Shown here: piece after piece, positions 17,738 through 27,927 of the stretch
How the letters are laid out: the number at the start of each line of letters is the position of its first letter
Position numbering within the stretch: position 1 is the first letter of the stretch
NCBI GenBank assembly: GCA_026003215.1
Contig: BPGV01000001.1
Location: forward strand, 25,570-89,569
Length of the DNA: 64,000 nt
Direction of reading: 5' to 3'
DNA from: Bacteroidia bacterium
Lineage (GTDB): Bacteria > Bacteroidota > Bacteroidia > SpSt-205
Position numbers and translations under genes: made by a program
Notes under the pieces: generated by a model
The model's input: only the letters and a program-made list of their open reading frames with translations
Databases searched by the model: none
Told to the model about the DNA's origin: nothing

Positions 17738-18541
17738 ATGTCTCCTTTTTGGAAGGGCCTTCGTGGGCGCACTTGGAACACTACCCTGGCTTTCTGGATA
17801 AATCGGGCATGCTATCGGCTCTTCCCTGCTCAGGCGAAACACTGGCTTGCCTACCCATTTGACCTGCACTTGCGTCGTTTTTATGTGCCCTACTTGGGCG
17901 GATGGACAGATGGAGGCGGGATATTGTGGGCACTTTTGCATTATGAGAACCCCGACTTTGAAATAAGTTGGATAGAGCGACTTGCCTCAGGAAAGGTGGG
18001 CATAGATCTGGGAGCCCATAGAGGATATTGGCTTCTTCTGCACAGGCGCAAAATCCCCTCTGATGCTCTCATTTTTGCTTTTGAGCCTTATCTACCTAAT
18101 ATCCCATACTTGGCCCAAAATCTGTATGAAAATGGGGTAAAGAATGTGGCTATTTTGCAGATAGCCGCCTCCGCTGGTCCAGGCAAGGTTTCTATGGGGG
18201 TGAGTACGGGGCCTTTCGGGGAGATGGGGGGGACTGCGCACCTGGTACAAGAAGGGGGAGAGTATGTGGCTTATGCCGTGAAGGTAGCGGATTGGCTTTC
18301 AGCGCTAAACTTACCGAGGGTGGATTGGATAAAGATGGACATTGAAGGGGCAGAAGTGGCAGCCCTTGAGGGCGCTTTACCGCTTCTTGAACGGTACAAG
18401 CCCGATTTATGGATAGAAGTGCATGGGACCTTTAAGGCTCTCCAGCCTCTCTTAGAGAGAGCAAACTATCGCGTAGCTGGCGAGAAGTGGTATGAAGCCC
18501 CCCGGGAAGGTATGGGGCATATTTGGGCGGTTCCGGCTTAG
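17738..18541 (+). CDS. FkbM-family SAM-dependent methyltransferase.
   Basis: ...GIDLGAHRGYW...IFAFEPYLPNIPYLAQN...DWIKMDIEGAEVAALEGA matches the FkbM family (TIGR01444) core. The start is set at the ATG at 17738, downstream of the terminator. Confidence 0.7.
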   Translation: MSPFWKGLRGRTWNTTLAFWINRACYRLFPAQAKHWLAYPFDLHLRRFYVPYLGGWTDGGGILWALLHYENPDFEISWIERLASGKVGIDLGAHRGYWLLLHRRKIPSDALIFAFEPYLPNIPYLAQNLYENGVKNVAILQIAASAGPGKVSMGVSTGPFGEMGGTAHLVQEGGEYVAYAVKVADWLSALNLPRVDWIKMDIEGAEVAALEGALPLLERYKPDLWIEVHGTFKALQPLLERANYRVAGEKWYEAPREGMGHIWAVPA

Positions 18542-19341
18542 TGGAAGGTGACTGGGGGATGTAGCCGCCGTCTTTCGCTCAGGGTGACGACCCCTATGCT
18601 GAGTTCGTACAGGCCCCAGAGGGGTATAGCTAAGAGGAGCTGGCTAAGCACATCGGGCGAAGGGGTGAGTATGCCACCCAGAATTACGGCTGCGGCGATA
18701 GCGTAGCGCCTTCCCTTGCGCAGACCTCGGGCCGTCACTATACCTGCTTGGCTCAGACCCCATAAAAGAATAGGCAGTTGAAAAACCAGCCCCACCGCCA
18801 GGCAGGTCTGCACAATCAAGCCGATTACTTCGCCGATGCGCCAGATGTTTTCCACGCCTTCGCCGAGCTGAAAGCTGGCAAAAAACCGCATCATAAACGG
18901 CGTAAGTACAAAGTACCCAAAAGCCACCCCAGCCAGAAAGAGCGAAGAAACATACAGGACAATCCCTTTGAGGGCTTGGCGTTCGTGGCGGTAGAGGCCG
19001 GGTCGGATAAACCGCCATAGCTCCCACACCAGGTAGGGGAACCCCAGTACCAAGCCTGTGGCCAGGGCCAAAACCATAGCTTTTACGAACTGCTCGGAGG
19101 GGTGGGTCGCTTGCAGCCGAAGGGGCACTTCTTGGACACAAGGGCCCAAGCGGCAGAGCAGGCGTACGGTCGGAAAGTCAGCCCGCAGCGGCGCCAGAAG
19201 CACCTTATCTACAATCCACTGGATCTTCCAAAAAGCCAAACCGGAAAGTACAACGATGACTATCACACTGCGCCAGAGATGCCAGCGCAGCTCTTCCAAG
19301 TGGGCCCAGAAGGAGAGGTCACGCTCTTGGTCCAGCGGCAT
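18538..19341 (-). CDS. tatC: Twin-arginine translocase subunit TatC.
   Basis: MPLDQERDLSFWAHLEELRWHLWRS... is the canonical TatC N-terminus, followed by six TM segments. The start is coupled (TGATG) to the upstream gene. Confidence 0.9.
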   Translation of the reverse strand: MPLDQERDLSFWAHLEELRWHLWRSVIVIVVLSGLAFWKIQWIVDKVLLAPLRADFPTVRLLCRLGPCVQEVPLRLQATHPSEQFVKAMVLALATGLVLGFPYLVWELWRFIRPGLYRHERQALKGIVLYVSSLFLAGVAFGYFVLTPFMMRFFASFQLGEGVENIWRIGEVIGLIVQTCLAVGLVFQLPILLWGLSQAGIVTARGLRKGRRYAIAAAVILGGILTPSPDVLSQLLLAIPLWGLYELSIGVVTLSERRRLHPPVTFH

Positions 19342-20732
19342 CAGAAGCGGATATGGTAAATTTGGTAGCCGTTTTTGCCTGGGGGCGCTAAGGCTAAACA
19401 TATCACCTCTTGAGGGCTCAGGTAGGCGGCTCGGCCAGGTAGAAGGAGGAGGTCACCGGCGGCATTCGTAGCCAGGTCCTTGGTAAGGGCCTCTCCCGTC
19501 TGATGATTGAGGAGATAGGCGCGGAGGATGCCTTTGCCGGTGCGTTCGGTGAGGAAAGCTACGGTGAGGAAGGTCTCATTTAGGCCGTGGAGGAAGGAAA
19601 CCGCCTCGGGGAAGGGTTCGCGTTGGCGCTTTTCTATCCGATAGCTCCAGAGAAACTGGGCTGCGGTATCGGCTATGGCCCAGCGGGTCACCCATAGGTC
19701 ATAGGCGAGGTGAGTACCTGCGCGTTCCCACGCATCTTCCCAGACCACATACAAGGCCGTGTCCGCGTGGAGGGTGGTCCAGCGGGGGGTAAAGTGGGTG
19801 GGTTCTTTGTAGAGGGAGAGCCACTCGGGGGGTAAAGGGGCTTTGCTCCAGACGATACGGCTGGTGTCGGTGAGGGGCAGGGCCAGCTTACCCACGGCCC
19901 ACGCGCCCACAGCCCCTTGTTGGTGAGGCAGAGTTTTTTCAGCAGGAATCAACCCCCCCACATAGATAGCCTTCGGCGTGACATAGAGCCACGGGGCATA
20001 GAGAACGGTATCTACGTCCAGGTTCCAAGCGCGTGTGGTACGCGCCTTGGTATCGTGGAAGAAGAGCTTCTTAGGTCCCGTAGGCGGCGCTTGGAGGGTC
20101 CAGAAGTTCATGCGGTTGTCGGGGGCAGCGGCTACGATAGGCCCTTCGAGCTGCCAATCGCTTTGGGCAGCGACTTTTCGGCCGCTACTGCTCCAGAGGG
20201 CATACCACGCTCGGCTCACCAGGCCCTTTTTATCCACCTGATAGGCATACCAGAGAAAGTAGGAGCTGTCCGGACTAAGCGCTATTTGGCTTATAGCGTC
20301 GGGGGCAGGGCGATCATAGACGGAGATAGGTGTCCATTTGGGGAAGATAGGCTCGCCTTTGAGGGAGAGGAAGCGCGCCGCCTCTTGGACGGTTCCTTTA
20401 TTAAGGGGGTCAGCTTCATACGAGAGCACCACCAGGGCATCCCGCAGCCCTAAGAGCCGAAAAGGCTTTCCTATGCCAGCTTCGGGGACATCCGTCAGAG
20501 GGAAGGACCACTGGGTGTAGTATTGGGTGTTGAGGCACTCTACATAATACCCCGGTTTGGGCTTGTCTTTGACCCAGTACTCTACAAACGCAAAGCGGCC
20601 TTTTCCCGCGGGGGCGGGACTTTGCGGCAGGCCTACTTTTTCTACCGCGTATCCTTCCACCTGGATCTGGGTGCGGCTTATGATGCGCTGGGCCCACACT
20701 ATCCCCAGGAGCAACGCCAGCCCTCGAACCAT
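19341..20732 (-). CDS. Hypothetical secreted protein of 463 aa.
   Basis: Signal peptide MVRGLALLLGIVWAQ. It is Trp- and Tyr-rich and possibly a beta-propeller. No family was recognised. Confidence 0.6.
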   Translation of the reverse strand: MVRGLALLLGIVWAQRIISRTQIQVEGYAVEKVGLPQSPAPAGKGRFAFVEYWVKDKPKPGYYVECLNTQYYTQWSFPLTDVPEAGIGKPFRLLGLRDALVVLSYEADPLNKGTVQEAARFLSLKGEPIFPKWTPISVYDRPAPDAISQIALSPDSSYFLWYAYQVDKKGLVSRAWYALWSSSGRKVAAQSDWQLEGPIVAAAPDNRMNFWTLQAPPTGPKKLFFHDTKARTTRAWNLDVDTVLYAPWLYVTPKAIYVGGLIPAEKTLPHQQGAVGAWAVGKLALPLTDTSRIVWSKAPLPPEWLSLYKEPTHFTPRWTTLHADTALYVVWEDAWERAGTHLAYDLWVTRWAIADTAAQFLWSYRIEKRQREPFPEAVSFLHGLNETFLTVAFLTERTGKGILRAYLLNHQTGEALTKDLATNAAGDLLLLPGRAAYLSPQEVICLALAPPGKNGYQIYHIRF

Positions 20733-20775
20733 TTCCTCAAAGGTACTAAGACTCGGCTATGCCCTGTACCTTTGT

Positions 20776-21627
20776 GTGGTGCGGTACTTTTTGGCCTGTG
20801 TAGCCCTCTTGTGGGCCCAAGATAAGCCGGCTTACCTTTTCTACTCCGTCAAAGGCAAGCCCCTTTCTTATGGGGCTGTGCTCAAAATCCTCCAAAAAGC
20901 CGATGTGGTCCTTTTTGGCGAGCTTCACAATAACCCAATTGCCCACTGGCTGGAGTATGAGCTTGCTCGGGACTTGTATGCGGTCAAAAAAGATAGCCTA
21001 CTGATAGGCATGGAAATGTTAGAGGCTGACCAAGAAGAAGCGCTCCTCCGGTATAGGAAAGGAGAACTTTCGTTGGAAAAGTTGGGAGAGGAGATACGGT
21101 TATGGCCAAACTTTAGGACCGATTATGCCCCTATACTGGAATGGGCTCGTCAGCACCACGTACCTGTATATGCTACGAATGCCCCTCGTTCTTTGGCCCG
21201 AGAGGTAAGTCAAAAAGGCGCTGCCGCTTGGGAGAGCTGGGGGGCTGCCCAACGCCGGTATGTAGCGCCTATCCCGTTTCCTCGCTTAGATACGCTGCCC
21301 AGCTACCAGAAGATGAACGAGATGGCCCGCAGCCACGGCATGGAACCCGAGCCTTTCCGTTTAGCGCAAATGCTCAAAGATGCTACTATGGCTTATCGGA
21401 TTACTCAGGCCTGGCGGCCCGGAACCGTGTTTTTTCATTTGAACGGCCGATACCACAGCGACTATCACGAAGGGATAGCGGCATACCTGCGTGTGTATAA
21501 TCCCGCCCTCAAAGTAGTGGTACTCACCACCGAAGAGGCGGCTGACCCACGGACTTATAAGCCAGCTCAGCCGCCGGTCGCAGATATCCTTCTCGTCGTG
21601 CCGGAGACTATGACCAAGACGCACTGA
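20776..21627 (+). CDS. ChaN-family (haem-binding / TraB-Tiki superfamily) lipoprotein-like protein. The start is uncertain, with a GTG at 20776 assumed.
   Basis: ADVVLFGELHNNPIAHWLEYELARDLY...HHVPVYATNAPRSLAREV is the conserved ChaN/Cofac_haem_bdg core. The ORF-track 5' extension is antisense to the neighbouring gene. Confidence 0.6.
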   Translation: MVRYFLACVALLWAQDKPAYLFYSVKGKPLSYGAVLKILQKADVVLFGELHNNPIAHWLEYELARDLYAVKKDSLLIGMEMLEADQEEALLRYRKGELSLEKLGEEIRLWPNFRTDYAPILEWARQHHVPVYATNAPRSLAREVSQKGAAAWESWGAAQRRYVAPIPFPRLDTLPSYQKMNEMARSHGMEPEPFRLAQMLKDATMAYRITQAWRPGTVFFHLNGRYHSDYHEGIAAYLRVYNPALKVVVLTTEEAADPRTYKPAQPPVADILLVVPETMTKTH

Positions 21628-21630
21628 CTT

Positions 21631-22851
21631 ATGACTTATGATGTGGCAGTCATAGGGGCGGGGATTGTGGGGGCAGCGGTGGCTTACCGCTTGCGGGAAG
21701 CCTGGCCTGAGGCGCGTCTCCTCGTGATCGAAAAAGAACCGCACCCCGCTGCCCACCAAACCGGCCGCAACTCGGGCGTTATCCATTCGGGCATTTACTA
21801 TAAGCCCGGCTCCCTGAAAGCTACGTTGTGTGCCCAAGGCCGAGAGGAGTTGTATGACTTTGCTCAGACCTGGCACATCCCCCATGAACGCTGCGGTAAG
21901 CTCATCGTAGCCACCACACCCGAAGAACTGCCCCGTTTGAAGGCCCTCTATGCGCGCGGCTTGGAAAATCAGATTCCGGGAATCCGACTTCTTTCCGAAG
22001 ACGACATCCCGCCCTATGAACCCTACTGCAGGGGTGTGGGAGCCATTTATGTGCCGGTTACAGGCATCATAGATTATCGAGCAGTGACTGCCCGCCTATT
22101 GGAACAAAGTAAGGCCACCGTGGTCTTTTCTGCTCCGCTCAAAGGGCTTGTGCCGCAGCGGGAAGGGTACCTTATCTATGCAGGTAACGGTTCGTATGAA
22201 AGTCGCTATCTCATAGCCTGTGCGGGGCTGCAAGCCGATCGCGTGGCCCGCTTGGATGGGCTGCGGCCGCCTTTGCGGATTGTGCCTTTTAGGGGGGATT
22301 ATTATGAGCTTCGGCCGGAAAGCCGCTACAAGGTGCGCAACCTCATCTATCCCCTTCCGCACCCTACCTATCCGGTCTTAGGCGTGCACCTTACGCGCAT
22401 GGTAGATGGCAGCGTAGAAGCTGGCCCTAACGCCGTCTTTGCCTGGGCCCGAGAAATATACAGCCGTACGGGTTTCAACTTGCGTGACACCATAGAAGCG
22501 CTAACCTTTAAGGGGACGTGGCGCTTCTTTTTCAAGCATTGGCGGGAAGGGCTTATGGAATACCGGCGGGCTTTTTCTAAACGGCTTTTCTGGGAGAGTT
22601 TGCGTCGGCTCGTGCCTGCACTCCAGATAGAGGACTTAGTGCCGGCTCGGTCGGGCATCCGAGCGCTGGCCCTCACCCCCGAAGGCACTTTTTGGGATGA
22701 CTTCTATTTCGTAGCGCGGGAGCGCAGCCTCCATGTACTCAATGCCCCTTCGCCAGCAGCTACGGCCGCTCTGGCCTTGGGCCGGGCAATTGTACAAAAA
22801 GCCTTCTCCACATGGAATCTCTCCTCCCCAGTCTCTACCACTGGCCGCTAA
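21631..22851 (+). CDS. lhgO: L-2-hydroxyglutarate oxidase / FAD-dependent oxidoreductase.
   Basis: MTYDVAVIGAGIVGAAVAYRL... (Rossmann GxGxxG motif) plus LhgO/YgaF-type conserved blocks. The product is 406 aa. Confidence 0.75.
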   Translation: MTYDVAVIGAGIVGAAVAYRLREAWPEARLLVIEKEPHPAAHQTGRNSGVIHSGIYYKPGSLKATLCAQGREELYDFAQTWHIPHERCGKLIVATTPEELPRLKALYARGLENQIPGIRLLSEDDIPPYEPYCRGVGAIYVPVTGIIDYRAVTARLLEQSKATVVFSAPLKGLVPQREGYLIYAGNGSYESRYLIACAGLQADRVARLDGLRPPLRIVPFRGDYYELRPESRYKVRNLIYPLPHPTYPVLGVHLTRMVDGSVEAGPNAVFAWAREIYSRTGFNLRDTIEALTFKGTWRFFFKHWREGLMEYRRAFSKRLFWESLRRLVPALQIEDLVPARSGIRALALTPEGTFWDDFYFVARERSLHVLNAPSPAATAALALGRAIVQKAFSTWNLSSPVSTTGR

Positions 22852-23252
22852 CTCCGCCCTTAGAGCGACTGGTCCGCGGGAAAGGGCCTTTGGCAGTCTT
22901 CCTCCCTGCTTCGGAACATAACCCGGAAACCTACGCCCTTTTAGAGAAGATACTGGCTGCGGTGAAACTTTCTCCCCAGCAAGCTTCGGTATGGGGGGTA
23001 CATTCGCCCGTCAGCCTATATAGGCTTGAGCTTTTTTCGGAGCGGCTCTTGTGGGTGTTCGGTGAAGTGGGCTTGTCTCTTCAAATAGGGACTTACCTTT
23101 TGGAGGGGGGGCAAGCGCGTCCCGTGCAAGTACGCGGCTGGCCCGGGCAGCAAGTACTTTTTCAGCTGCCTTCTCTCTCGCAAATGCTGACCGATGAAGC
23201 GCGCAAACGCGAGGCCTGGCGATGGCTCAAACCCCTTTCTTCACCCTCATAG
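22812..23252 (+). CDS. Hypothetical protein of 146 aa that overlaps both neighbours.
   Basis: A clean ORF in the 370-nt space between lhgO and tgt. It has a weak resemblance to the DNA polymerase III psi (HolD)-like pattern (LAVFLPASEHNPETYALLEKILAAVKLSPQQA). Call is low confidence. Confidence 0.4.
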   Translation: MESLLPSLYHWPLTPPLERLVRGKGPLAVFLPASEHNPETYALLEKILAAVKLSPQQASVWGVHSPVSLYRLELFSERLLWVFGEVGLSLQIGTYLLEGGQARPVQVRGWPGQQVLFQLPSLSQMLTDEARKREAWRWLKPLSSPS

Positions 23253-24334
23253 CCGAAGAAGGCGCTGCCCGAGCGGGTATTCTCCATACCGCCCACGGCG
23301 AGGTGCCCACGCCCGTCTTCATGCCCGTGGCTACGTATGGTGCCCTCCGGGCTTTTCCCCACCATCTCCTTCAAGAAGCCCCCATTCTCCTCTCCAATAC
23401 TTACCACCTATACCTTCGGCCGGGTACAAGCTTACTGGAGGAGGCCGGCGGACTCCATCGCTTCATGGGCTGGGAAAAACCCATTCTCACCGACAGTGGC
23501 GGCTACCAAGTGTTTAGCCTGGCTGCGCATCGGACCCTCTCTGAGGAAGGTGTCCGCTTCAAGTCCCACATAGATGGCTCCGCGCACCTCCTTACGCCGG
23601 AGCTCGCCGTCTCTATTCAACGCAGTATTGGTTCGGATATCCAGATGGTCTTAGATGTATGTCCGCCCTATCCGGCCTCACCAGCAGAGCTGAGCGAAGC
23701 TTTGCGGCTGACCCATGCGTGGGCAGGACGAGCCCGCCGGGCCTTCGTGGAAAGGCCGGAAGCCTATGGCTATCCGATTGCCCAGTTTGGGATTGTGCAA
23801 GGGGGGGTAGATCCGACGCTTCGTCAGGAGAGCTGGGCGGCTTTGGCCCCGTTGGCCTTTGAAGGATGGGCCATAGGCGGCCTAGCCGTAGGCGAACCCT
23901 TCGAGCTGCGCAAACCTATCCTCCACCTTATGGGCCAGCTCCTTCCCTCAGAAAAGCCCCGCTACGTGATGGGCCTGGGTACCCCACAGGACATCCTGGA
24001 AGCTATCGCCGCAGGCATGGATATGATGGACTGCGTCATCCCCACCCGCAATGCTCGGCACGGCTTGATTTATAGCTGGGAGGGCATCCGTAATATCAAA
24101 AATGCCCCTTATAAAAACGACTTTACCCCTCTGCCGCCCTGGGGCTATACCCGGGCATACCTACATCATCTTTTTCGGGTAGAAGATCCGCTGGCTTTAG
24201 TGATTGCCACAGCGGCGAACTTGCATTTCTTTTTAGAGCTGGTGCGGGTGGCGCGGGAACGGATTGTAGCGGGAGAGTTTCGGGTGTGGCGGGAGGCTGT
24301 GGAGGGGCAGTTGATGCGGCGGTGGTCGGGGTAA
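23222..24334 (+). CDS. tgt: Queuine tRNA-ribosyltransferase (tRNA-guanine transglycosylase).
   Basis: Canonical Tgt blocks: MPVATYGALRA, LTDSGGYQVFSL, IQMVLDVCPPY, GIVQGG and YVMGLGTPQDILEAIAAGMDMMDCVIPTRNARHG. Confidence 0.95.
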   Translation: MAQTPFFTLIAEEGAARAGILHTAHGEVPTPVFMPVATYGALRAFPHHLLQEAPILLSNTYHLYLRPGTSLLEEAGGLHRFMGWEKPILTDSGGYQVFSLAAHRTLSEEGVRFKSHIDGSAHLLTPELAVSIQRSIGSDIQMVLDVCPPYPASPAELSEALRLTHAWAGRARRAFVERPEAYGYPIAQFGIVQGGVDPTLRQESWAALAPLAFEGWAIGGLAVGEPFELRKPILHLMGQLLPSEKPRYVMGLGTPQDILEAIAAGMDMMDCVIPTRNARHGLIYSWEGIRNIKNAPYKNDFTPLPPWGYTRAYLHHLFRVEDPLALVIATAANLHFFLELVRVARERIVAGEFRVWREAVEGQLMRRWSG

Positions 24335-24407
24335 GGGGCATGGCCGCCGCCTTTGGCGGCGGCCATGCCCCCCACTGGGCGGCCAGCGCCAGAGGCGCTG
24401 GCCGCCC
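24335..24407 (+). promoter_or_regulatory. Two tandem perfect GC-rich hairpins immediately after the tgt stop. Hairpin 1 is a 17-bp stem at 24335-24371 with loop ttt. Hairpin 2 is a 13-14-bp stem at 24377-24407 with a 3-5-nt loop. A weak U-tract cacccCTTTTacc follows.
   Basis: Perfect inverted repeats are read directly: ggggcatggccgccgcc/ggcggcggccatgcccc and gggcggccagcgc/gcgctggccgccc. This is probably a transcription terminator or protein-binding element. It accounts for the spurious MAAAMPPTGRPAP... ORF start. Confidence 0.6.
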
Positions 24408-24430
24408 ACCCCTTTTACCTATCTTTGCCC

Positions 24431-25699
24431 ATGCGCCTTCTCCTCCTCTCCCTACTTTCTCTGGGCGCCTTCGCCCAAACCTGGTACGAAACCGACCTCC
24501 CCAAGGCCTTCGCCAAAGCTAAAAAGCAAAAAAAGCCCCTCTGGATTATGTTCTCTGCCACTTGGTGCGGCCCCTGCAAACTGGTAGAAGCTAAGGTCCT
24601 CTCCAGCCCTACCTTCCAAGAAGCCGTTACAAAAGACTTCATCCCCCTCCATGTGTATGTCCAAAGCGGGGAAGAAGATACCCCCGGCGCAGACACTCTG
24701 GCGAAAAGGATAGGCGTGGCAGCTTATCCCACATTTGTGTGCATGGAGGCTAATGGATCTGTCTTTTATCGGCAAGAGGGGATTTCTTCGGAGGTAGTCA
24801 GGGGTACCCCCGATGACGCAGTGAAAGAGTTCTTACAGCAGCTCAGCTCTGCCAAAGAAGCTCGGACCACCCTTCCTCAGCTGCGCGCACGCTTCCAAAA
24901 AGGAGATAGATCTTTACCTTTTTTGCGAGAATATCTGACCTTGCTTATAAAAGTCAAGCAAAAGACCGAAATGGATACGGTTTTTTCTGCTTATCTCCGA
25001 GCAGCGGGTTCTACCCGTGCAGCCTGGCTCCCAGAACCCGGATTTTTTCTCAATCTGCTTTATCTGGTGATGAGCTTCCCTGAATATACAACTTATGTGA
25101 TGAGCATAGCTGATACCCTTCGGCAGGAGCTGGATAGCGCTTCTTTTTTGTCGTTATATCAGGCAGTGGTAGCGGTAGATTTTGAAGAGAAACAGGCAAA
25201 AATCAAAGATTGGAAGGCTTTGGTGGAGACCACGGAAGTGTACATCCGACGGCATAGGGAGCGTTTCCCCTTTGTGGAAAAGCTTATTTTACAACATGTA
25301 GCTGAGTGGGGCATAGGCAGCAAGGACCCCGAGACACGAGAGCAGGCCGCAGCCCTCATGATACGAGCGGTAGCGGTAAACTGGCCTTTAGAAATCCCGG
25401 GGGCGGAGGAACGGGAAGACTTTGCGCAAAAGCTCAATGAAGCGGCCTGGCGTTTCTATGAGAAAGTAGAAAGTCCCGATAAGCTTTGGACAGCGATAAG
25501 CTGGGCTAAAATGGCCGTAGCCCTCCATCCCTCCGCTTGGGAAATCTGGGATACCCTCGGCGCCCTTTACTACAAGCTTAAGCAAAAGAGACACGCCATA
25601 GAAGCGCTTTCCAAAGCCATTGAACTGGCACAAAAGCAAGGCGAAGAAGCCGAAGAGACAAAAGCCCTTCTTGAAAAAGCCAAAGCGCTCTCGGATTAA
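24431..25699 (+). CDS. Secreted thioredoxin-fold (WCGPC) protein with a C-terminal TPR-like helical domain.
   Basis: Signal peptide [16 protein letters not shown]. The thioredoxin active site is [13 protein letters not shown]. The alpha-helical C-terminus ends with TPR-like repeats. Confidence 0.7.
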   Translation: MRLLLLSLLSLGAFAQTWYETDLPKAFAKAKKQKKPLWIMFSATWCGPCKLVEAKVLSSPTFQEAVTKDFIPLHVYVQSGEEDTPGADTLAKRIGVAAYPTFVCMEANGSVFYRQEGISSEVVRGTPDDAVKEFLQQLSSAKEARTTLPQLRARFQKGDRSLPFLREYLTLLIKVKQKTEMDTVFSAYLRAAGSTRAAWLPEPGFFLNLLYLVMSFPEYTTYVMSIADTLRQELDSASFLSLYQAVVAVDFEEKQAKIKDWKALVETTEVYIRRHRERFPFVEKLILQHVAEWGIGSKDPETREQAAALMIRAVAVNWPLEIPGAEEREDFAQKLNEAAWRFYEKVESPDKLWTAISWAKMAVALHPSAWEIWDTLGALYYKLKQKRHAIEALSKAIELAQKQGEEAEETKALLEKAKALSD

Positions 25700-27927
25700 A
25701 GAGGGGGCTTTTGCCACTTGGCTTTGAGCGCTATCAAGTCTAAGGGGACTTTTCCAAAAGGGAGCGCTACTTCTGCCCAAGCCAGCTGGGGCAGGCTTTG
25801 CCCTAAGCGGTAAGCTATGAGGCCGGCTTCGGTGGTGAGGGCTTCAAGGGTCTGGGCTTGGGCGGGCGAAACAGCCACTACGACGCGGCCGCCATCTTCG
25901 CTAAACCAGAAAGCCGCAGGAGGAACTTCCTCAGGCTGGCGTACCAAAAAGCCCGCTCGGCCCTGAAAAGCCATCTCCAATAGGGCTATGAGTAGGCCGC
26001 CATCGGATACATCCTGTGCCGCCAAAAGTAATCCCTTGGCGGCCAGCTGAGGGAGGAGGGTTATGAGCTTTTTTTCGGTCTCTAAGGCGAGCCGAGGCGG
26101 AGGACTGTACCGAATCTCTGCTATCTCGCGCAAGTAGTGGCTACTACCGAGGGTGGGGTGCATAAGCCCCTCGAGGTCGGTAATAAGGTAGAGGTAGGCG
26201 GGTTCTGCGGGGAGGCCCATCGGCACGAAGCGTTCCAGCGCTTTTTCTAAAATACCTACCACCCCAATCACCGGCGTAGGCAAGATAGGCCCTGCTTCGT
26301 CTTGGTTGTAAAAGCTTACATTGCCCCCTGTGACGGGGAGGCCGAGGGTTTCGCAGGCCAATTTGAGGCCTTCTACCGCTTCTACAAACTGCCAATAGAC
26401 TTCTGGGACCTGAGGACTGCCGAAGTTGAGGCAGTTGGTCACGCCTAAGGGGATAGCGCCGCTGCAGGCTACTTGTCGGGCAGCTTCTGCCACCGCTAAG
26501 GCCGTGCCTATACGCGGGTCGGCTTCTACCCACCAAGGATTACAGTCTAAGCTCATCGCCAAAGCCCTGTCCGTGTAGGGGATGCGTACCACAGGCACCG
26601 CAGCGGGCGAGTCATTGGCGCTGCCCATCGTAGAGGCCCCTACCATCCGGTCGTACTGGGTGTAAAGCCAGCTTTTATCCCCTATGTTAGGATGCTCCAG
26701 TAGGCGCTCTACCACCGCTATAAACGCCTTTGCCGAAGTAATCGGCGTATAAGGCTCCAGCACGTACGCAGGCTGCCACGGTGTTTTAGGCCAGTCGTAG
26801 ATAGGGGCGCCTTCCCCTGCCATCAAGGTCGAAGGCGGCACCTCTGCTACTTTTTCCCCTTGCCACCAGTACTCTAAAAGGCCTGTATCTGTGACTTCTC
26901 CAATGACTTCACAAGGAAGCTCCCATTTTTGGGCAATCGCTTGGACGGCTGCGAGGTGCTCTGGCCGCACGATAAGGAGCATGCGTTCCTGGGACTCGGA
27001 CAGGAGGATCTCATGCGGCGCGGAGACGCCGCCGCGCAGCGGAACCCTATCCAGATAAACACGCATGCCTACCCCGCCCCGTGCGGCTATCTCTGCCGTA
27101 GAACTGGCCAGCCCAGCAGCACCCATGTCTTGCATGGCTACAATCAAGCCGGCCTCGTTCATCTCGCTGAGTGCCTCTAAGAGCAGTTTTTCCTTGAACG
27201 GGTCACCCACTTGGATAGCGGGTAGATTACTACGGTTTTCTCCTTCCAAGGTTTCTGAGGCGAAGGCCGCTCCCCCAATCCCATCTGGTCCTGTAGCAGC
27301 TCCTAAATAAACTACCAGATTTCCCGGGCCTTGGGCTTTCGCGCTTATGATTTTGTCTGTCTTTACCAGGCCTATGCTAAAAGCATTCACAATAGGCTTG
27401 CCTGTGTATTCCGGGGCGAAGTAGGTTTCTCCTCCCACAGTGGGCACGCCAAAGGCATTCCCGTAGTCGCCGATACCGCGGACCACGCCTTCTATTATGC
27501 GCTGGGTTTCGGGGGTAGTAGGCCAGCCAAAGTGTAAGGAGTTGAGGGCGGCGATAGGGCGAGCCCCCACGGCCATAATGTCGCGATGTATGCCTCCCAC
27601 GCCTGTGGCAGCTCCTTGATAAGGCGCTACGGCACTGGGATGGTTATGCGACTCTACCTTGAAGGCGATAGCCCATCCGTCGCCCATATCTATGAGGCCG
27701 GCGTTTTCTTCGCCGGCGCTGCGCAGGCTCCTCGGGCCTTTTCGAGGGAGGCGCCGCAGATGAACCAGCGAACTTTTATAACTACAGTGCTCACTCCATA
27801 AAGCCGAAAAAAGCCATACTTCTACAAAACTGGGCTCTCGTCCTAAAAGCGCACAGATGCGCTCATACTCTTGGGCAGAAAGGCCGGCGGTTTCGGCTAT
27901 TGCACGGCTCGTAAGAAGCGATCCCAT
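25696..27927 (-). CDS. purL: Phosphoribosylformylglycinamidine synthase subunit PurL (FGAM synthase II).
   Basis: The N-terminus [34 protein letters not shown] and duplicated AIR-synthase-like domains (...GAAGLASST..., ...GGNVSFYNQ...) are present. The product is about 743 aa. Confidence 0.95.
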   Translation of the reverse strand: MGSLLTSRAIAETAGLSAQEYERICALLGREPSFVEVWLFSALWSEHCSYKSSLVHLRRLPRKGPRSLRSAGEENAGLIDMGDGWAIAFKVESHNHPSAVAPYQGAATGVGGIHRDIMAVGARPIAALNSLHFGWPTTPETQRIIEGVVRGIGDYGNAFGVPTVGGETYFAPEYTGKPIVNAFSIGLVKTDKIISAKAQGPGNLVVYLGAATGPDGIGGAAFASETLEGENRSNLPAIQVGDPFKEKLLLEALSEMNEAGLIVAMQDMGAAGLASSTAEIAARGGVGMRVYLDRVPLRGGVSAPHEILLSESQERMLLIVRPEHLAAVQAIAQKWELPCEVIGEVTDTGLLEYWWQGEKVAEVPPSTLMAGEGAPIYDWPKTPWQPAYVLEPYTPITSAKAFIAVVERLLEHPNIGDKSWLYTQYDRMVGASTMGSANDSPAAVPVVRIPYTDRALAMSLDCNPWWVEADPRIGTALAVAEAARQVACSGAIPLGVTNCLNFGSPQVPEVYWQFVEAVEGLKLACETLGLPVTGGNVSFYNQDEAGPILPTPVIGVVGILEKALERFVPMGLPAEPAYLYLITDLEGLMHPTLGSSHYLREIAEIRYSPPPRLALETEKKLITLLPQLAAKGLLLAAQDVSDGGLLIALLEMAFQGRAGFLVRQPEEVPPAAFWFSEDGGRVVVAVSPAQAQTLEALTTEAGLIAYRLGQSLPQLAWAEVALPFGKVPLDLIALKAKWQKPPL

